Shown piece by piece: positions 21,902-32,014 of a DNA stretch of 64,000 bases. Source of the stretch: Candidatus Latescibacterota bacterium (lineage in GTDB: Bacteria; Latescibacterota; UBA2968; UBA8231); NCBI GenBank assembly GCA_965221775.1, contig CBDCSU010000005.1:1184001-1248000 (forward strand), written 5' to 3'. The position numbers and the translations under genes are program-made. The notes below the pieces were generated by a model. It saw only the letters and a list, made by a program, of their open reading frames with translations, had not been told where the DNA came from and did not search any database. Every line of letters begins with the position of its first letter. Positions within the stretch are counted from its first letter, which is position 1.

Positions 21902-22202
21902 GCAAGCGCAGATTGTAGAGCCCATCAGCTCTCTCAAGCACGTGCGCATAGTCCGCATCGTTTGCGCACTGGCGAGGATCGGGAGCCACAATCTGCGGAC
22001 GGCCTTCCGGGCTCACGCTATTGCAAGACCTGCGGGAGCCGCTCAACCCCTCGAAGTGCCCGGCCAACACGGCCGATTCCTTGGACGGAGCACTCTTTCG
22101 GTACGTGTACGTGGTTCCCGTATCCGTATCTGCCAGGGCTTGCGAGCCTCCATGTCGAGGATCTCTCCCCCGTCCATAGGGAGGGGCATGAACCGCCTTC
22201 TC

Positions 22203-22511
22203 GCTCGCCGTGCTGACCCGGTGACCACGCCTGAGCCCATCTAGTCCCAGCACAGTGCTCGCTCCGCCGCTCCCCGTACGGGGAGTCCCACTTGGAACAC
22301 TCCCGCGGTCATCGAGGGGACTTGCTTTCACACGTGTATATCCTCACTGTTCTACACGTGTAAATCAGGATCTTTCCCTCTTCGCGCGTTCCACGAGGGA
22401 TGCGAGCACGGGCCCCGGGGTCACCCAAGGAATGCGATTCAGCCCTTGAGAGGGGGCGCTCCGGAGCGTGCCCGCGGCCCCGGGTGGACGCCAAAGGCAA
22501 AGCCACCGGTC
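22203..22511 (+). repeat. Copy 2 of diverged inverted ~300-bp leader/promoter repeat
   Basis: Inverted homologue of 20552-20855. Confidence 0.9.
22327..22364. promoter_or_regulatory. Second pair of operator palindromes
   Basis: TTCACACGTGTATA (22327-22340) and TCTACACGTGTAAA (22351-22364). Confidence 0.75.
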
Positions 22512-22585
22512 AGAGTGGCGGTCCCCTGATGTAGGCGGCGGAGGTAACAAGCCGGACGGACGCAAGTCCTGGTTGCCGGCAGAAG

Positions 22586-25500
22586 ATGACCTGCACAACC
22601 AACCTGAGGGCTGCCTCCGTCTTGGCGAGGCTGGCGGCCGTCTGTCTTCTGTGTCTGTTGCCGGGAACCCTGTCCGAGTCGGAGGTGGAGGGACAGGGCG
22701 GAGACGAGGATGGGGGGGAGGCGGTGCCCTCTCGTCTGTACTGGACGGACGCGGGCACGGACAAGATCCAGCGCTCCCTCCTGGACGGCTCCGAGGTGGA
22801 GGACGTGGTCACCGGTCCGCGCCAGCTTCGGGGCCTGGCCGTGGATCTGGCCGGCGGCCGGGTCTACTGGGCCGACCGCCGCTCCGGGAAGATCCAGCGG
22901 TCCGATCTGGAGGGCTACGGGGAGCGGGACGTGGTCACCGGCCTGCGCCATCCCCGCAGCCTGGCTCTGGACTCGGCGGCCGGCCACCTCTACTGGGTCG
23001 ACGCCGGCACCGACCGGGTCCAGCGGTCCGACCTGAACGGCTCCTATGTGCAGGACCTGGTCACCGAGGGCCTGCAGATCCCGGTGGGCCTGGCCCTGGA
23101 CCCGGACGCCGGCCATCTCTACTGGGCCGACTCGGGCACCGACAAGATCCAGCGGTGCAATCTGGACGGCGCCGGGGTGGAAGATCTGGTCTCCGGCCTG
23201 CACACGCCCCAGGACCTGGCTCTGGACCCGGGGGCCGGCATGATCTACTGGGCGGACTCGGGTACGGACAGGATCCAGCGGTCCAACCTGGACGGCACCG
23301 GGGTGGAGGACGTGGTCACCGGCCTGCGCCTGCCCCAGGCGCTGGCTCTGGACGCGGCGGCCGGCCACCTCTACTGGGTCGACGCCGGCACGCGCAAGAT
23401 CCAGCGCTGCAACTTGGACGGCACGGGGGTGGAAGATCTGGTCACGGGGTTGCTCCTGCCCTGGGGCCTGGACCTGGCGTTGACCGGTCCGACCAACCGC
23501 GCCCCGACCCTGGCGCCGATCACGGACCAGACCTTGTTCGCCGGTGACCGTGTGCGCTTACGCCTGGAGGGGCAGGATCCCGACGGCGACGACCTGACCT
23601 GGGAGGCCGAGTCCAGCGACGAGGAGGTGGCCACGGTCTCGGTGGCGGCCGGGGTGCTGCTCGTTGAGGCCGTGGGCCCCGGTCAGGCGGCGACCACGGT
23701 GACCGTCCGCGACCCGGACGGCCTCCGAGCCGCGCAGGGCTTCACGGTGACCGTGCCGTCCAACCGGCCTCCGGTGGCGGTAACCTGGCTCTACTGGACC
23801 GACGCCGGCAGCGGCAGCATCCGGCGCTCGCGCCTGGACGGGTCGCAGGTGCAGGACGTGGTCGCCGGCCTGGGGCAACCGCGGGGCCTGGCCCTGGACG
23901 CGGCCGGGGGGCGGATCTACTGGACGGACAGCCGCGCCGACAAGATCCAGCGGGCAGCCCTCGACGGGTCGATGATCGAGGATCTGGTGACGGAAGGGCT
24001 GCGGTCGCCCTCGGGCCTGGCCGTGGACCCGGCGGGGGGCCAGGTCTACTGGAGCGACTACGGCGCCCGCCGCATCCAGCGGGCCGACCTCGACGGCGCC
24101 AGCGTGGAGGACGTGGTCACCCGCGGCCTGCGCGAGCCTCTGGGCCTGGCGGTGGATGCGTCCGCCGGGCGCCTCTACTGGACCGACTGGGGAGCCGACC
24201 GTGTGCAGCAGTCCCGCCTTGACGGCAGCGGAGTGCGCAGCCTGGTCACCACGGGCCTGCAGTCTCCGCAGGACATCGCCGTGGATCCGCTCGGCGGCCA
24301 TCTCTACTGGGCCGACTTCGGCACCGACAAGATCCAGCGATCCCGCCTCGACGGCTCGGAGGTGGAGGATCTGGTCGCCGAAGGGCTGCACGCCCCCCAT
24401 GGCCTGGCTTTGGACGCGGCCGGCGGCGGGCTCTACTGGACCGACTACGGCACCGGCCGGATCCAGCGCGCCAACCTCGACGGGTCCGAGGTGGAGGACG
24501 TGATCACGGAAGACCTGGACACGCCCTACGGCCTGGCCCTGGGGGCGGGACTGCCGGCGCGGCGGGTGCGGGCCGGCCACGAGCCGGACACCCTGTCGCT
24601 GGCCGGCCGCTTCCTCGACCCGGAGGGCGGGGCCCTGAGCTACGGCGCGGTCTCACGGGACACGTCGCTGGCGTCGGCCGAGGTCTCGCGGGACACCCTG
24701 ACCATCACGGGCGTGGCCCCCGGACAGACCTCGATCGCCGTCACCGCCCGCGACCCGGAGGGGCTGCAGACCACCTTGCCCCTGGCCCTGCGCGTGCTGC
24801 CCCCCGCCAACCGGCCACCGGTCCTGTCGCCGCTCTCGGACCTGGCCGCCCTCGCCGGCGACACCCTCACCGTCGGCATCGAGGCCACCGATCCCGACGG
24901 CGACAGTCTCCGCTACGAGGCTGCCTCCGCCGACACCGCCATCGCCCAGGCCGGTACCGCCGACTCGGTGATCACCCTGCTTCCCATCGCGGCGGGCGAG
25001 ACGACGGTCGCCGTCACGGTCCGCGACGACAGCCTGGCCGTGGCCGACACCTTCGGGGTGACGGTGGCGTGGCCCAACCGGGCGCCGCAGCCCGGCCGTC
25101 TGAGGGCCCGCCAGGTGTTCCTGGGCGGGGTGGCCAGGATCGTCCTGCGCCGGGAGTTCACCGACCCCGACGGCGACAGCCTGAGCTACACCGCGGCTTC
25201 GCGGGACTCGAACGTGGCCACGGTCGAGGTTTCCCGCGACACCCTGACGATCACCCCGGTGGCCGCCGGCCAGACGGCGATCGACATGACGGCCACCGAT
25301 CCGGAGGGCCTGCAGGCGGCCGGGTCCTTCGCCCTCACCGTCCGGCGCCGCCCCCCGCCCCCACCGCCCGGAGGCGGAGGCGGAGGGGGAGGAGGTGGTG
25401 GAGGTTTCTTCATCCCCCCTCCCCCGCCTCCTCCGCCCCGGACCACCAACCAGGCCCCGGTCTTCCCCGAGGCGCCGAGCGCGGAGCGCACCCTGGCCGA

Positions 25501-28500
25501 AAACACCCCCGCCAACCGGAACATCCAGCACCCGGTGCGCGCTACCGACGCTGACAACGACCGCCTCACCTACCTGCTCTCCGGCACCGACGCGGACAGC
25601 TTCTCCGTGGTCTCCACCAGCGGCCAGCTGCGCACGCGCTCGGGCATCACCTACGACTTCGAGCTCCGGGACAGCTACCAGTTGCTCCTGGAAGCCGCCG
25701 ACGGCTACGGCGACACCGCCGACATCGCCGTCACCGTCCACCTGTCCGACATCGACGAGCCGCCCCGGCCGCCGGCCCGGCCGCAGGTCGAGCCGGCCTC
25801 CTCCACGAGCCTGACCGTGACCTGGACGGAGCCAGTCAACACCGGCCCCGACATCGATGACTACGACGTGCAGTACCGCAAGAGCGGCAGCTTTCTCCCC
25901 TGGCCGCACAGCGGCCCCGGTACTTCCACCACGATCCCGGACCTGGACCCGGGCACCCGCTACGAGGCGCAGGTGCGGGCCACCAATGCCGAAGGCACCG
26001 GCGGGTGGTCGGCCTCGGGCTTCGGCAACACCAGCGCCAATCAGCGGCCCGTCTTCGACGAGTCCGCCCCCACCCGCAGTCTGGCGGAGAACACCGCGGG
26101 CCCCCAGGCCATCGGCAGTCCGGTGACCGCCACCGATCCTGAGTTCACCTCCATCACCTACCAGCTCTCTGGAGGAGACGCGGCCTCTTTCACCATCGAC
26201 GAGACCAGCGGCCAGCTGCGCACGCGCTCGGGCGTCGACTACGACTTCGAGACGAGGAGCCGCTACTCGGTGAGGGTGCAGGCCGAGGACGAGCACAACG
26301 GCCGCACGACGATCACCGTGACCATCGACGTGACCGACGACGACAACGAGCAGCCCGAGCGGCCTGACAAGCCGACGGTGACGGCCTCGACGTCCAGCAG
26401 TCTGGCCATCCGCTGGACGGCCCCCGACAACCCGGGACCGGCCATCAACGACTACGATGTCCAGTACAGCGAGGATAGCGGGGCTTTCGAGGACTGGTCC
26501 CACACCGGCCCCGGCACGGGCACGACGATCACCGGTTTGACCGCCAACACCCTCTACCAAGTACAGGTGCTGGCGCGCAGCGACGAGGGCGAGAGCCCCT
26601 GGTCCGAGTCGGTCGAGGCCACGACCAGCGCCAACCGGGCGCCCACCTTCAACGAGGGGACGAGCACCACGCGCCGTTTGGCCGAGAACACCACCGGGAC
26701 CCAGGACATCGGCAACCCGATCACCGCCACCGACTCAGACGGCGGTACCCCGGTCTACGCCTTGGCCGGCACCGATGGGGCCCGCTTCGACATCGACGCG
26801 GACAATGGACAGCTGCAGACCCGATCCAACGAGACCTGGGACTTCGAGGCGAAGTCCCGCTACGAGGTAACGGTGCGCGCCGATGACGGTCAGGGCGGCA
26901 GCAACACCATCGAGGTGGCGATCCATCTGACGGATCAGCAGGAACCGCCCGAGACCCCCTCGGCGCCCGGCGTCTCGGCGGCCTCCTCCACCAGCCTGAC
27001 CGTGACCTGGTCGGAGCCGGTCAACACCGGACCCGACATCAGCGACTACGACATCCAGTACCGGCTCAGAGACACCGGCAGCTTCCGGGGCTGGACCCAC
27101 AACAGCGCCGAGCGCAGCGCCACGATCAACCTTCTGATCCCGGACTCCACCTACCAGGTGCAGGTGCGGGCCCGCAACGCCGAAGGCGCCAGCGGCTGGT
27201 CGCCGTCGGGCTCGGGCACCACCGACCCCAACGGGCTGCCGGTCTTCGCCGACGGGTCGAGCGCCACCCGCCGCCTCGACGAGAACACCGCCGGCGTGCA
27301 CACCGTCGGCGATCCGGTGAGGGCAACGGATCCGGAGCAGACGACCCTGACCTACAGCCTCGAGGGCGCCGACGCCGACTCCTTCACCGTCGACACCCGC
27401 AACGGTCAGCTGCGCACCAGGAGCGGCCAGACCTGGGACTACGAGACGAAGTCGAGGTACTCGGTGGACGTGAAGGCCATCGACGGCCACAAGGGGGAGC
27501 GCACGATCCCGGTGACCATCGACCTGAACGACCTCAACGAGCCGCCGGTCTTCACCAGCGCCGCGGCCCTGGAAGCGGCCGAGAACCAGACCTTCGCCGG
27601 CCGCGTGGAAGCCGAGGATCTCGACAGCGTCGACGGAATCACCGGCTACACGATCACCGGCGGCGCCGATCAGAGCCTGTTGGAGGTCAACAGCGCCGGC
27701 ACCCTGACCTTCCAGGAGGCCCCCGACTTCGAGAGTCCCTCGGACGCGGGCGGCAACCGACAGTACAACGTCACCGTCACCGCCACCGGCGGCACGGGAG
27801 GCAGGGCCCTGACGGCCTCGCAGGCGATCGCCGTCACCCTAACCGACGAGAACGAGCCGCCCGTCTTCACCAGCGCCGACACCATCGAGGTGAAGGAGAA
27901 CATCCGCCTCGCCGGCCCCGTGGTGGCCCGGGACGCCGATGCCGCTGACGGCATCACCGGTTACGCCGTCACCGGCGGCGCCGACCAGGACGACTTCGAG
28001 ATCGCCGGCACGAACCAGCTGCGCTTCACGGCGGACCCCGACTTCGAGCGCCCGGCCGACTCCGGGGGCGGCAACGACTACAGCGTCGAGGTCACGGCCA
28101 CCGGCGGCGCCGACCCCCGGGACCTGACCGCCGCCAAGACGGTCGTGGTCCTCGTGGAGGACGTGAACGAGCCGCCGGGCCAGCCCGATCCGCCCACGGT
28201 CAGCGACGAGACGGAGAGCAGCCTCACCGTGAGCTGGGACGAGCCGGCCAACACCGGCCCCGTCATCAGCAACTACCACGTGCAGTACCGCCGCAGGGGC
28301 GCCTACATCGCCTGGTCCGACAGCGGGGCAGCGAGGTCGCGCACGATCACCGGCCTGCGCTCCAGCTCGACCTACCACATCCAGGTGCAGGCCAAGAACG
28401 ACGAGGGCGAGGGACTCTGGTCGAATGCCGGCAGCGGCCGTACGCACGAGGCGCCGACCGTCTCCCGCGTCGCCTTCACGTCAACCCCGGCCACGGGCCA

Positions 28501-30160
28501 GAGCAACGCCTACAAGCTCAACGACACCCTCGACGTGACCGTCACCTTCAGCGAAGCGGCGACCGTCACCGGAACGCCGCAGGTCGACCTGACCCTCGGC
28601 TCCACCGAGCGCCCGGCCGACTACGAGAGCGGCTCGACCACGACCCAGCTGCTGTTCCAGTATGTGGTGCAGGACACCGACGAGGACGACAACGGCGCCG
28701 CCATCAACCAGAACGGCCTCAAGCTCAACAGCGGCCGCATCTTCATGCTCAGGAACAGCACCACGGTCAACGCCGATCTGGTCCACTCGGCCGTCGCCAG
28801 TCAGTCCCGCCACAAGGTCGACGGTATCGCGCCGATGTTCACGAAGGCCGAAGTGAATGACGACAAGCTGACGATAGAGTACGACGAAGTGCTCGACGGG
28901 GATACAACGCCGGCGCCCGCCGACTTCGCGGTCACCGTAGATGGCAGGTCGCGGAATGTCGAGTCGGTTGCTGTACGCGACAGCAAGGTGAAGCTCGACC
29001 TCGCGTCGGACGTGACGTCGGTACAGGTCGTGCTGCTTGGCTACACGCCCGGGACCAACCCGATCCGCGACCGGTCCAAGAACCCGGCCATTGCGCTGGA
29101 AGACGAAACGGTGACGAATCTGGACCAACGTCTGGCGCAGATCAATCTGCCCGAAGGGTTCCAGATTCGTGTGTACGCCGAAGGGGTGCGGGGCGCACGC
29201 TCGATGAGCCTCAGCCCGAACGGCACCCTCTACGTCGGCACCCGCTCCAGGGGCCACGTGTACGCGATACGCGACGAAGATGGCGACCACAACGCGGAGC
29301 GGATCATCACCCTGGCCAGCGGCCTCTATTACCCCAACGGTGTCGCCTTCAAGGACGGCAGTCTCTACGTAGCCGAAGCCCTCCGCATCCTGCGTTACCC
29401 CAACGTCGAGAATCGCCTCACGAACCCGCCGCAGCCGCAAGTCGTCAGCGACGACTTTCCCTTCACAAGCGGAGATGGCCATATCTGGAAATTCATCCGC
29501 TTCAGCCCCGACGATTCACTGTACGTGCCGGTGGGCTCGCCGTGCAACATCTGCAATCCGGGCAATCGATACGCCGTAATCGGCAGGGTAAGCGCCGATA
29601 GCACGTTCACTACCGTGGCGCGCGGCATTCGCAACACCGTCGGCTTCGATTGGCACCCGGACACCCACGAATTGTGGTTCACCGACAACGGACGAGATCG
29701 CATGGGTGATGACCAGCCGCCTGACGAACTGAACAGAATTTCCGCCGATGGTCAGCACTTCGGCTATCCCTACTGCCATGGCGCCGATACTGCCGATCCG
29801 CGATTCGGCTCTCAGCGTCCCTGCAGCGAGTTCGTGGCGCCGGTCATGGAACTGGGGCCGCACGTTGCGGCTCTGGGAATGCGTTTCTACACCGGCAGCA
29901 TGTTCCCAGAGCAGTACCGCAACCAGATCTTCATCGCAGAACACGGGTCGTGGGACCGAAGCAGCAAGGTCGGTTACCGCGTAACCCTGGTGCGCCTGAA
30001 TGGCAACGAAGCGACCAGCTACGAGGAATTCGCAACAGGCTGGCTACAGGGAGAAACGTACTGGGGCCGGCCGGTCGACATCCTCGTCATGAACGACGGC
30101 TCCCTGTTGGTGTCAGACGACCATGCCGGCATGATCTATCGGATCAGCTACTCGGAGTAA
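22586..30160 (+). CDS. Giant secreted multidomain protein: two YWTD (LDL-receptor-type) propellers, Ig-like, cadherin and FN3 repeats, SwmB-like domain, C-terminal PQQ-dependent glucose/sorbosone dehydrogenase-like domain
   Basis: Signal-like N-terminus; repeated LYWTD/ADxGTDKIQRxxLDG; cadherin ATDxD/DFE/DxNEPP; FN3 W..Y..YxVQVRA; C-terminal LPEGFQIRVYA, GSPCNIC, GIRNTVGFDWHP, PPDELN, AEHGSW, GRPVD, VSDD. Confidence 0.92.
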   Translation: MTCTTNLRAASVLARLAAVCLLCLLPGTLSESEVEGQGGDEDGGEAVPSRLYWTDAGTDKIQRSLLDGSEVEDVVTGPRQLRGLAVDLAGGRVYWADRRSGKIQRSDLEGYGERDVVTGLRHPRSLALDSAAGHLYWVDAGTDRVQRSDLNGSYVQDLVTEGLQIPVGLALDPDAGHLYWADSGTDKIQRCNLDGAGVEDLVSGLHTPQDLALDPGAGMIYWADSGTDRIQRSNLDGTGVEDVVTGLRLPQALALDAAAGHLYWVDAGTRKIQRCNLDGTGVEDLVTGLLLPWGLDLALTGPTNRAPTLAPITDQTLFAGDRVRLRLEGQDPDGDDLTWEAESSDEEVATVSVAAGVLLVEAVGPGQAATTVTVRDPDGLRAAQGFTVTVPSNRPPVAVTWLYWTDAGSGSIRRSRLDGSQVQDVVAGLGQPRGLALDAAGGRIYWTDSRADKIQRAALDGSMIEDLVTEGLRSPSGLAVDPAGGQVYWSDYGARRIQRADLDGASVEDVVTRGLREPLGLAVDASAGRLYWTDWGADRVQQSRLDGSGVRSLVTTGLQSPQDIAVDPLGGHLYWADFGTDKIQRSRLDGSEVEDLVAEGLHAPHGLALDAAGGGLYWTDYGTGRIQRANLDGSEVEDVITEDLDTPYGLALGAGLPARRVRAGHEPDTLSLAGRFLDPEGGALSYGAVSRDTSLASAEVSRDTLTITGVAPGQTSIAVTARDPEGLQTTLPLALRVLPPANRPPVLSPLSDLAALAGDTLTVGIEATDPDGDSLRYEAASADTAIAQAGTADSVITLLPIAAGETTVAVTVRDDSLAVADTFGVTVAWPNRAPQPGRLRARQVFLGGVARIVLRREFTDPDGDSLSYTAASRDSNVATVEVSRDTLTITPVAAGQTAIDMTATDPEGLQAAGSFALTVRRRPPPPPPGGGGGGGGGGGGFFIPPPPPPPPRTTNQAPVFPEAPSAERTLAENTPANRNIQHPVRATDADNDRLTYLLSGTDADSFSVVSTSGQLRTRSGITYDFELRDSYQLLLEAADGYGDTADIAVTVHLSDIDEPPRPPARPQVEPASSTSLTVTWTEPVNTGPDIDDYDVQYRKSGSFLPWPHSGPGTSTTIPDLDPGTRYEAQVRATNAEGTGGWSASGFGNTSANQRPVFDESAPTRSLAENTAGPQAIGSPVTATDPEFTSITYQLSGGDAASFTIDETSGQLRTRSGVDYDFETRSRYSVRVQAEDEHNGRTTITVTIDVTDDDNEQPERPDKPTVTASTSSSLAIRWTAPDNPGPAINDYDVQYSEDSGAFEDWSHTGPGTGTTITGLTANTLYQVQVLARSDEGESPWSESVEATTSANRAPTFNEGTSTTRRLAENTTGTQDIGNPITATDSDGGTPVYALAGTDGARFDIDADNGQLQTRSNETWDFEAKSRYEVTVRADDGQGGSNTIEVAIHLTDQQEPPETPSAPGVSAASSTSLTVTWSEPVNTGPDISDYDIQYRLRDTGSFRGWTHNSAERSATINLLIPDSTYQVQVRARNAEGASGWSPSGSGTTDPNGLPVFADGSSATRRLDENTAGVHTVGDPVRATDPEQTTLTYSLEGADADSFTVDTRNGQLRTRSGQTWDYETKSRYSVDVKAIDGHKGERTIPVTIDLNDLNEPPVFTSAAALEAAENQTFAGRVEAEDLDSVDGITGYTITGGADQSLLEVNSAGTLTFQEAPDFESPSDAGGNRQYNVTVTATGGTGGRALTASQAIAVTLTDENEPPVFTSADTIEVKENIRLAGPVVARDADAADGITGYAVTGGADQDDFEIAGTNQLRFTADPDFERPADSGGGNDYSVEVTATGGADPRDLTAAKTVVVLVEDVNEPPGQPDPPTVSDETESSLTVSWDEPANTGPVISNYHVQYRRRGAYIAWSDSGAARSRTITGLRSSSTYHIQVQAKNDEGEGLWSNAGSGRTHEAPTVSRVAFTSTPATGQSNAYKLNDTLDVTVTFSEAATVTGTPQVDLTLGSTERPADYESGSTTTQLLFQYVVQDTDEDDNGAAINQNGLKLNSGRIFMLRNSTTVNADLVHSAVASQSRHKVDGIAPMFTKAEVNDDKLTIEYDEVLDGDTTPAPADFAVTVDGRSRNVESVAVRDSKVKLDLASDVTSVQVVLLGYTPGTNPIRDRSKNPAIALEDETVTNLDQRLAQINLPEGFQIRVYAEGVRGARSMSLSPNGTLYVGTRSRGHVYAIRDEDGDHNAERIITLASGLYYPNGVAFKDGSLYVAEALRILRYPNVENRLTNPPQPQVVSDDFPFTSGDGHIWKFIRFSPDDSLYVPVGSPCNICNPGNRYAVIGRVSADSTFTTVARGIRNTVGFDWHPDTHELWFTDNGRDRMGDDQPPDELNRISADGQHFGYPYCHGADTADPRFGSQRPCSEFVAPVMELGPHVAALGMRFYTGSMFPEQYRNQIFIAEHGSWDRSSKVGYRVTLVRLNGNEATSYEEFATGWLQGETYWGRPVDILVMNDGSLLVSDDHAGMIYRISYSE

Positions 30161-30475
30161 CCCCATCTCTGGCGGGACCCGGAATTTCCCCCTACCGCCG
30201 CGGGTGGGCGCCGCAGTTGGCTCGCGACCAGACTCCGCGGAACCGCTCCCCAAACCAAGTGGTGGCCGAGGCGGCATCCTCTCCCCCAAGCAATTCCGCC
30301 CTTTCGGAGGAGCAGAGGCAGCCACGGCGGCTCCTGATGGGCAGCTACCAAGGGCGGGCTCAGGACCGGGAGCCGCCATCCGCAAGGGAGCCTCCAGAGG
30401 TGACGTCAAGGGGGTTGCCATGCGGGCTCAGGCTTCTGCGCGAGCCGATCGGAAGGGCGAGAGGGAGCTACCTCT

Positions 30476-30498
30476 GCATGCATGCATTCATGTATACT
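30476..30498 (+). promoter_or_regulatory. Palindromic TGCATGCATGCA next to TATACT; possible GntR-type operator and -10 for the sulfatase
   Basis: tgcatgcatgcattcatgtatact, an AT-richer stretch ~100 bp upstream of the sulfatase ATG. Confidence 0.4.
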
Positions 30499-30598
30499 AT
30501 CCGGCCGGGCGGCTCCCCTGCCCTTGACGGCTCCGGGGCAAGAGACCTTGAGGTCTCCCCCGTTCGCCAATAGTGACCGACAAATCGAAGGCTTCGTA

Positions 30599-32005
30599 AT
30601 GGACCACCGACCCAACATCCTCTTCGTCATGTCCGACGACCACGCCTCCCACGCCATGAGCTGCTACGGGAGCCGCATCAACCGCACGCCCAACCTCGAC
30701 CGCATCGCCGACGAGGGCATGCGCTTCGACAACTGCTTCTGCACCAACGGCATCTGCACCCCCAGCCGGGCCGCCATCCTCACCGGCACCTACAACCACG
30801 TCAACCGCGTCACCACCCTGTCGACGCACATGGACAACCGCCTGACGACCTACCCGAAGCTGCTGCGCGAGGCGGGCTACCAGACGGCGCTCTTCGGAAA
30901 GTGGCACCTCGGCCAGGGGCCAGAACACGAGCCGGCGGGCTTCGACGACTGGTGCGTGCTGCCGGGGCAGGGCCTCTACCACAGCCCGGTGATGATCGAC
31001 CCTTCGGGCCAGAGCGTGCGCGTCGGCTACGTGACCGACGTGATCACCGACATGTCCCTGCAGTGGCTCCGCAACCGGGACCGCTCCCGGCCCTTCGCCC
31101 TCATGGTGCACCACAAGGCGCCGCACCGCGAGTGGGAGCCGGACGCCGCCCACGCGGCGATGTACGAGAGCGAGGAGATCCCCGAGCCGGAGACCTTCGA
31201 CGATGACTACCAGAACCGCTCGGCCGCGGCGGCGGCGGCGCGCATGCGCATGGAGGACCTGCAGTGGAAGGACCTGAAGGCCGACGTCCCCTCCGGCCTG
31301 TCGCCCGCCGAGGAGAGGAGCTGGCGCTACCAGCGCTACATCAAGGACTACCTGCGGGTGGTGGCCGCCGTCGACGACAACGTGGGACGCCTCCTCGACT
31401 ACCTCGACCGGGAGGGACTGACCGAGGACACCCTGGTCATCTACACCTCCGACCAGGGGTTCTTCCTCGGCGACCACGGCTGGTTCGACAAGCGCTTCAT
31501 GTACGAGGAGTCCCTGCGCATGCCCTTCGTGGCCCGCCTGCCGCGGGAGATCGAGGCGGGCACCACCTGTGACGAGTTCGTCCTCAACGTCGACTTCGCG
31601 CCGCTCTTCCTCGACCTGGCGGGGGTGACAATCCCCGACGAATTCCAGGGCCGCTCCTTCCGGCCGCTGCTGCACGGCGAGACACCTCCCGACTGGCAGC
31701 AGTCGATGTACTACCGCTACTGGATGCACGGCGACGGCGCCCACAACGTGTACGCCCACTACGGCGTGCGCACCCACCGCCACAAGCTGATCTACTTCTA
31801 CAACGACGGCTGCGGCCAAGCGGGCACCGGCGACGAGCGGCAGCCGCCGGAGTGGGAGTTGTTCGACCTGCAGGCCGACCGCAACGAGCTGCGCAGCCTC
31901 TACCACGACGAGGCCCACGCGGCCGTGCGCCGGGAGCTGACGGACGAGTTGCACCGGCTCCAGGCGGCCGTGGGTGATGAGCGCTATCCGCTGGACGACG
32001 GATAG
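30599..32005 (+). CDS. Formylglycine-dependent sulfatase (S1 family)
   Basis: RPNILFVMSDDH, CTPSR, GKWHLG, YTSDQGFFLGDHGWFDKR. Confidence 0.95.
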   Translation: MDHRPNILFVMSDDHASHAMSCYGSRINRTPNLDRIADEGMRFDNCFCTNGICTPSRAAILTGTYNHVNRVTTLSTHMDNRLTTYPKLLREAGYQTALFGKWHLGQGPEHEPAGFDDWCVLPGQGLYHSPVMIDPSGQSVRVGYVTDVITDMSLQWLRNRDRSRPFALMVHHKAPHREWEPDAAHAAMYESEEIPEPETFDDDYQNRSAAAAAARMRMEDLQWKDLKADVPSGLSPAEERSWRYQRYIKDYLRVVAAVDDNVGRLLDYLDREGLTEDTLVIYTSDQGFFLGDHGWFDKRFMYEESLRMPFVARLPREIEAGTTCDEFVLNVDFAPLFLDLAGVTIPDEFQGRSFRPLLHGETPPDWQQSMYYRYWMHGDGAHNVYAHYGVRTHRHKLIYFYNDGCGQAGTGDERQPPEWELFDLQADRNELRSLYHDEAHAAVRRELTDELHRLQAAVGDERYPLDDG

Positions 32006-32014
32006 CCGCCAGAC

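Noticed and set aside
21902-22200. Short ORFs between lacI and the second repeat
   Set aside because: No recognisable motifs or RBS; probably decayed sequence
20552-22511. Composite transposon or recombinase-driven invertible element
   Set aside because: No transposase or recombinase nearby, the repeats are diverged with indels, and no target-site duplication was seen
22480-22582. c-di-GMP-I riboswitch call
   Set aside because: Only fragments resemble the consensus and the GNRA-capped first stem is missing; kept only as an unknown structured-leader candidate
25350-25440. C/G-rich tract as a phase-variation site
   Set aside because: Encodes an in-frame Pro/Gly linker with mixed codons rather than a long pure homopolymer
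30148-30351. IS200-like remnant suggested by RLGHHLVWG
   Set aside because: Single short motif with no HUH or catalytic Tyr context
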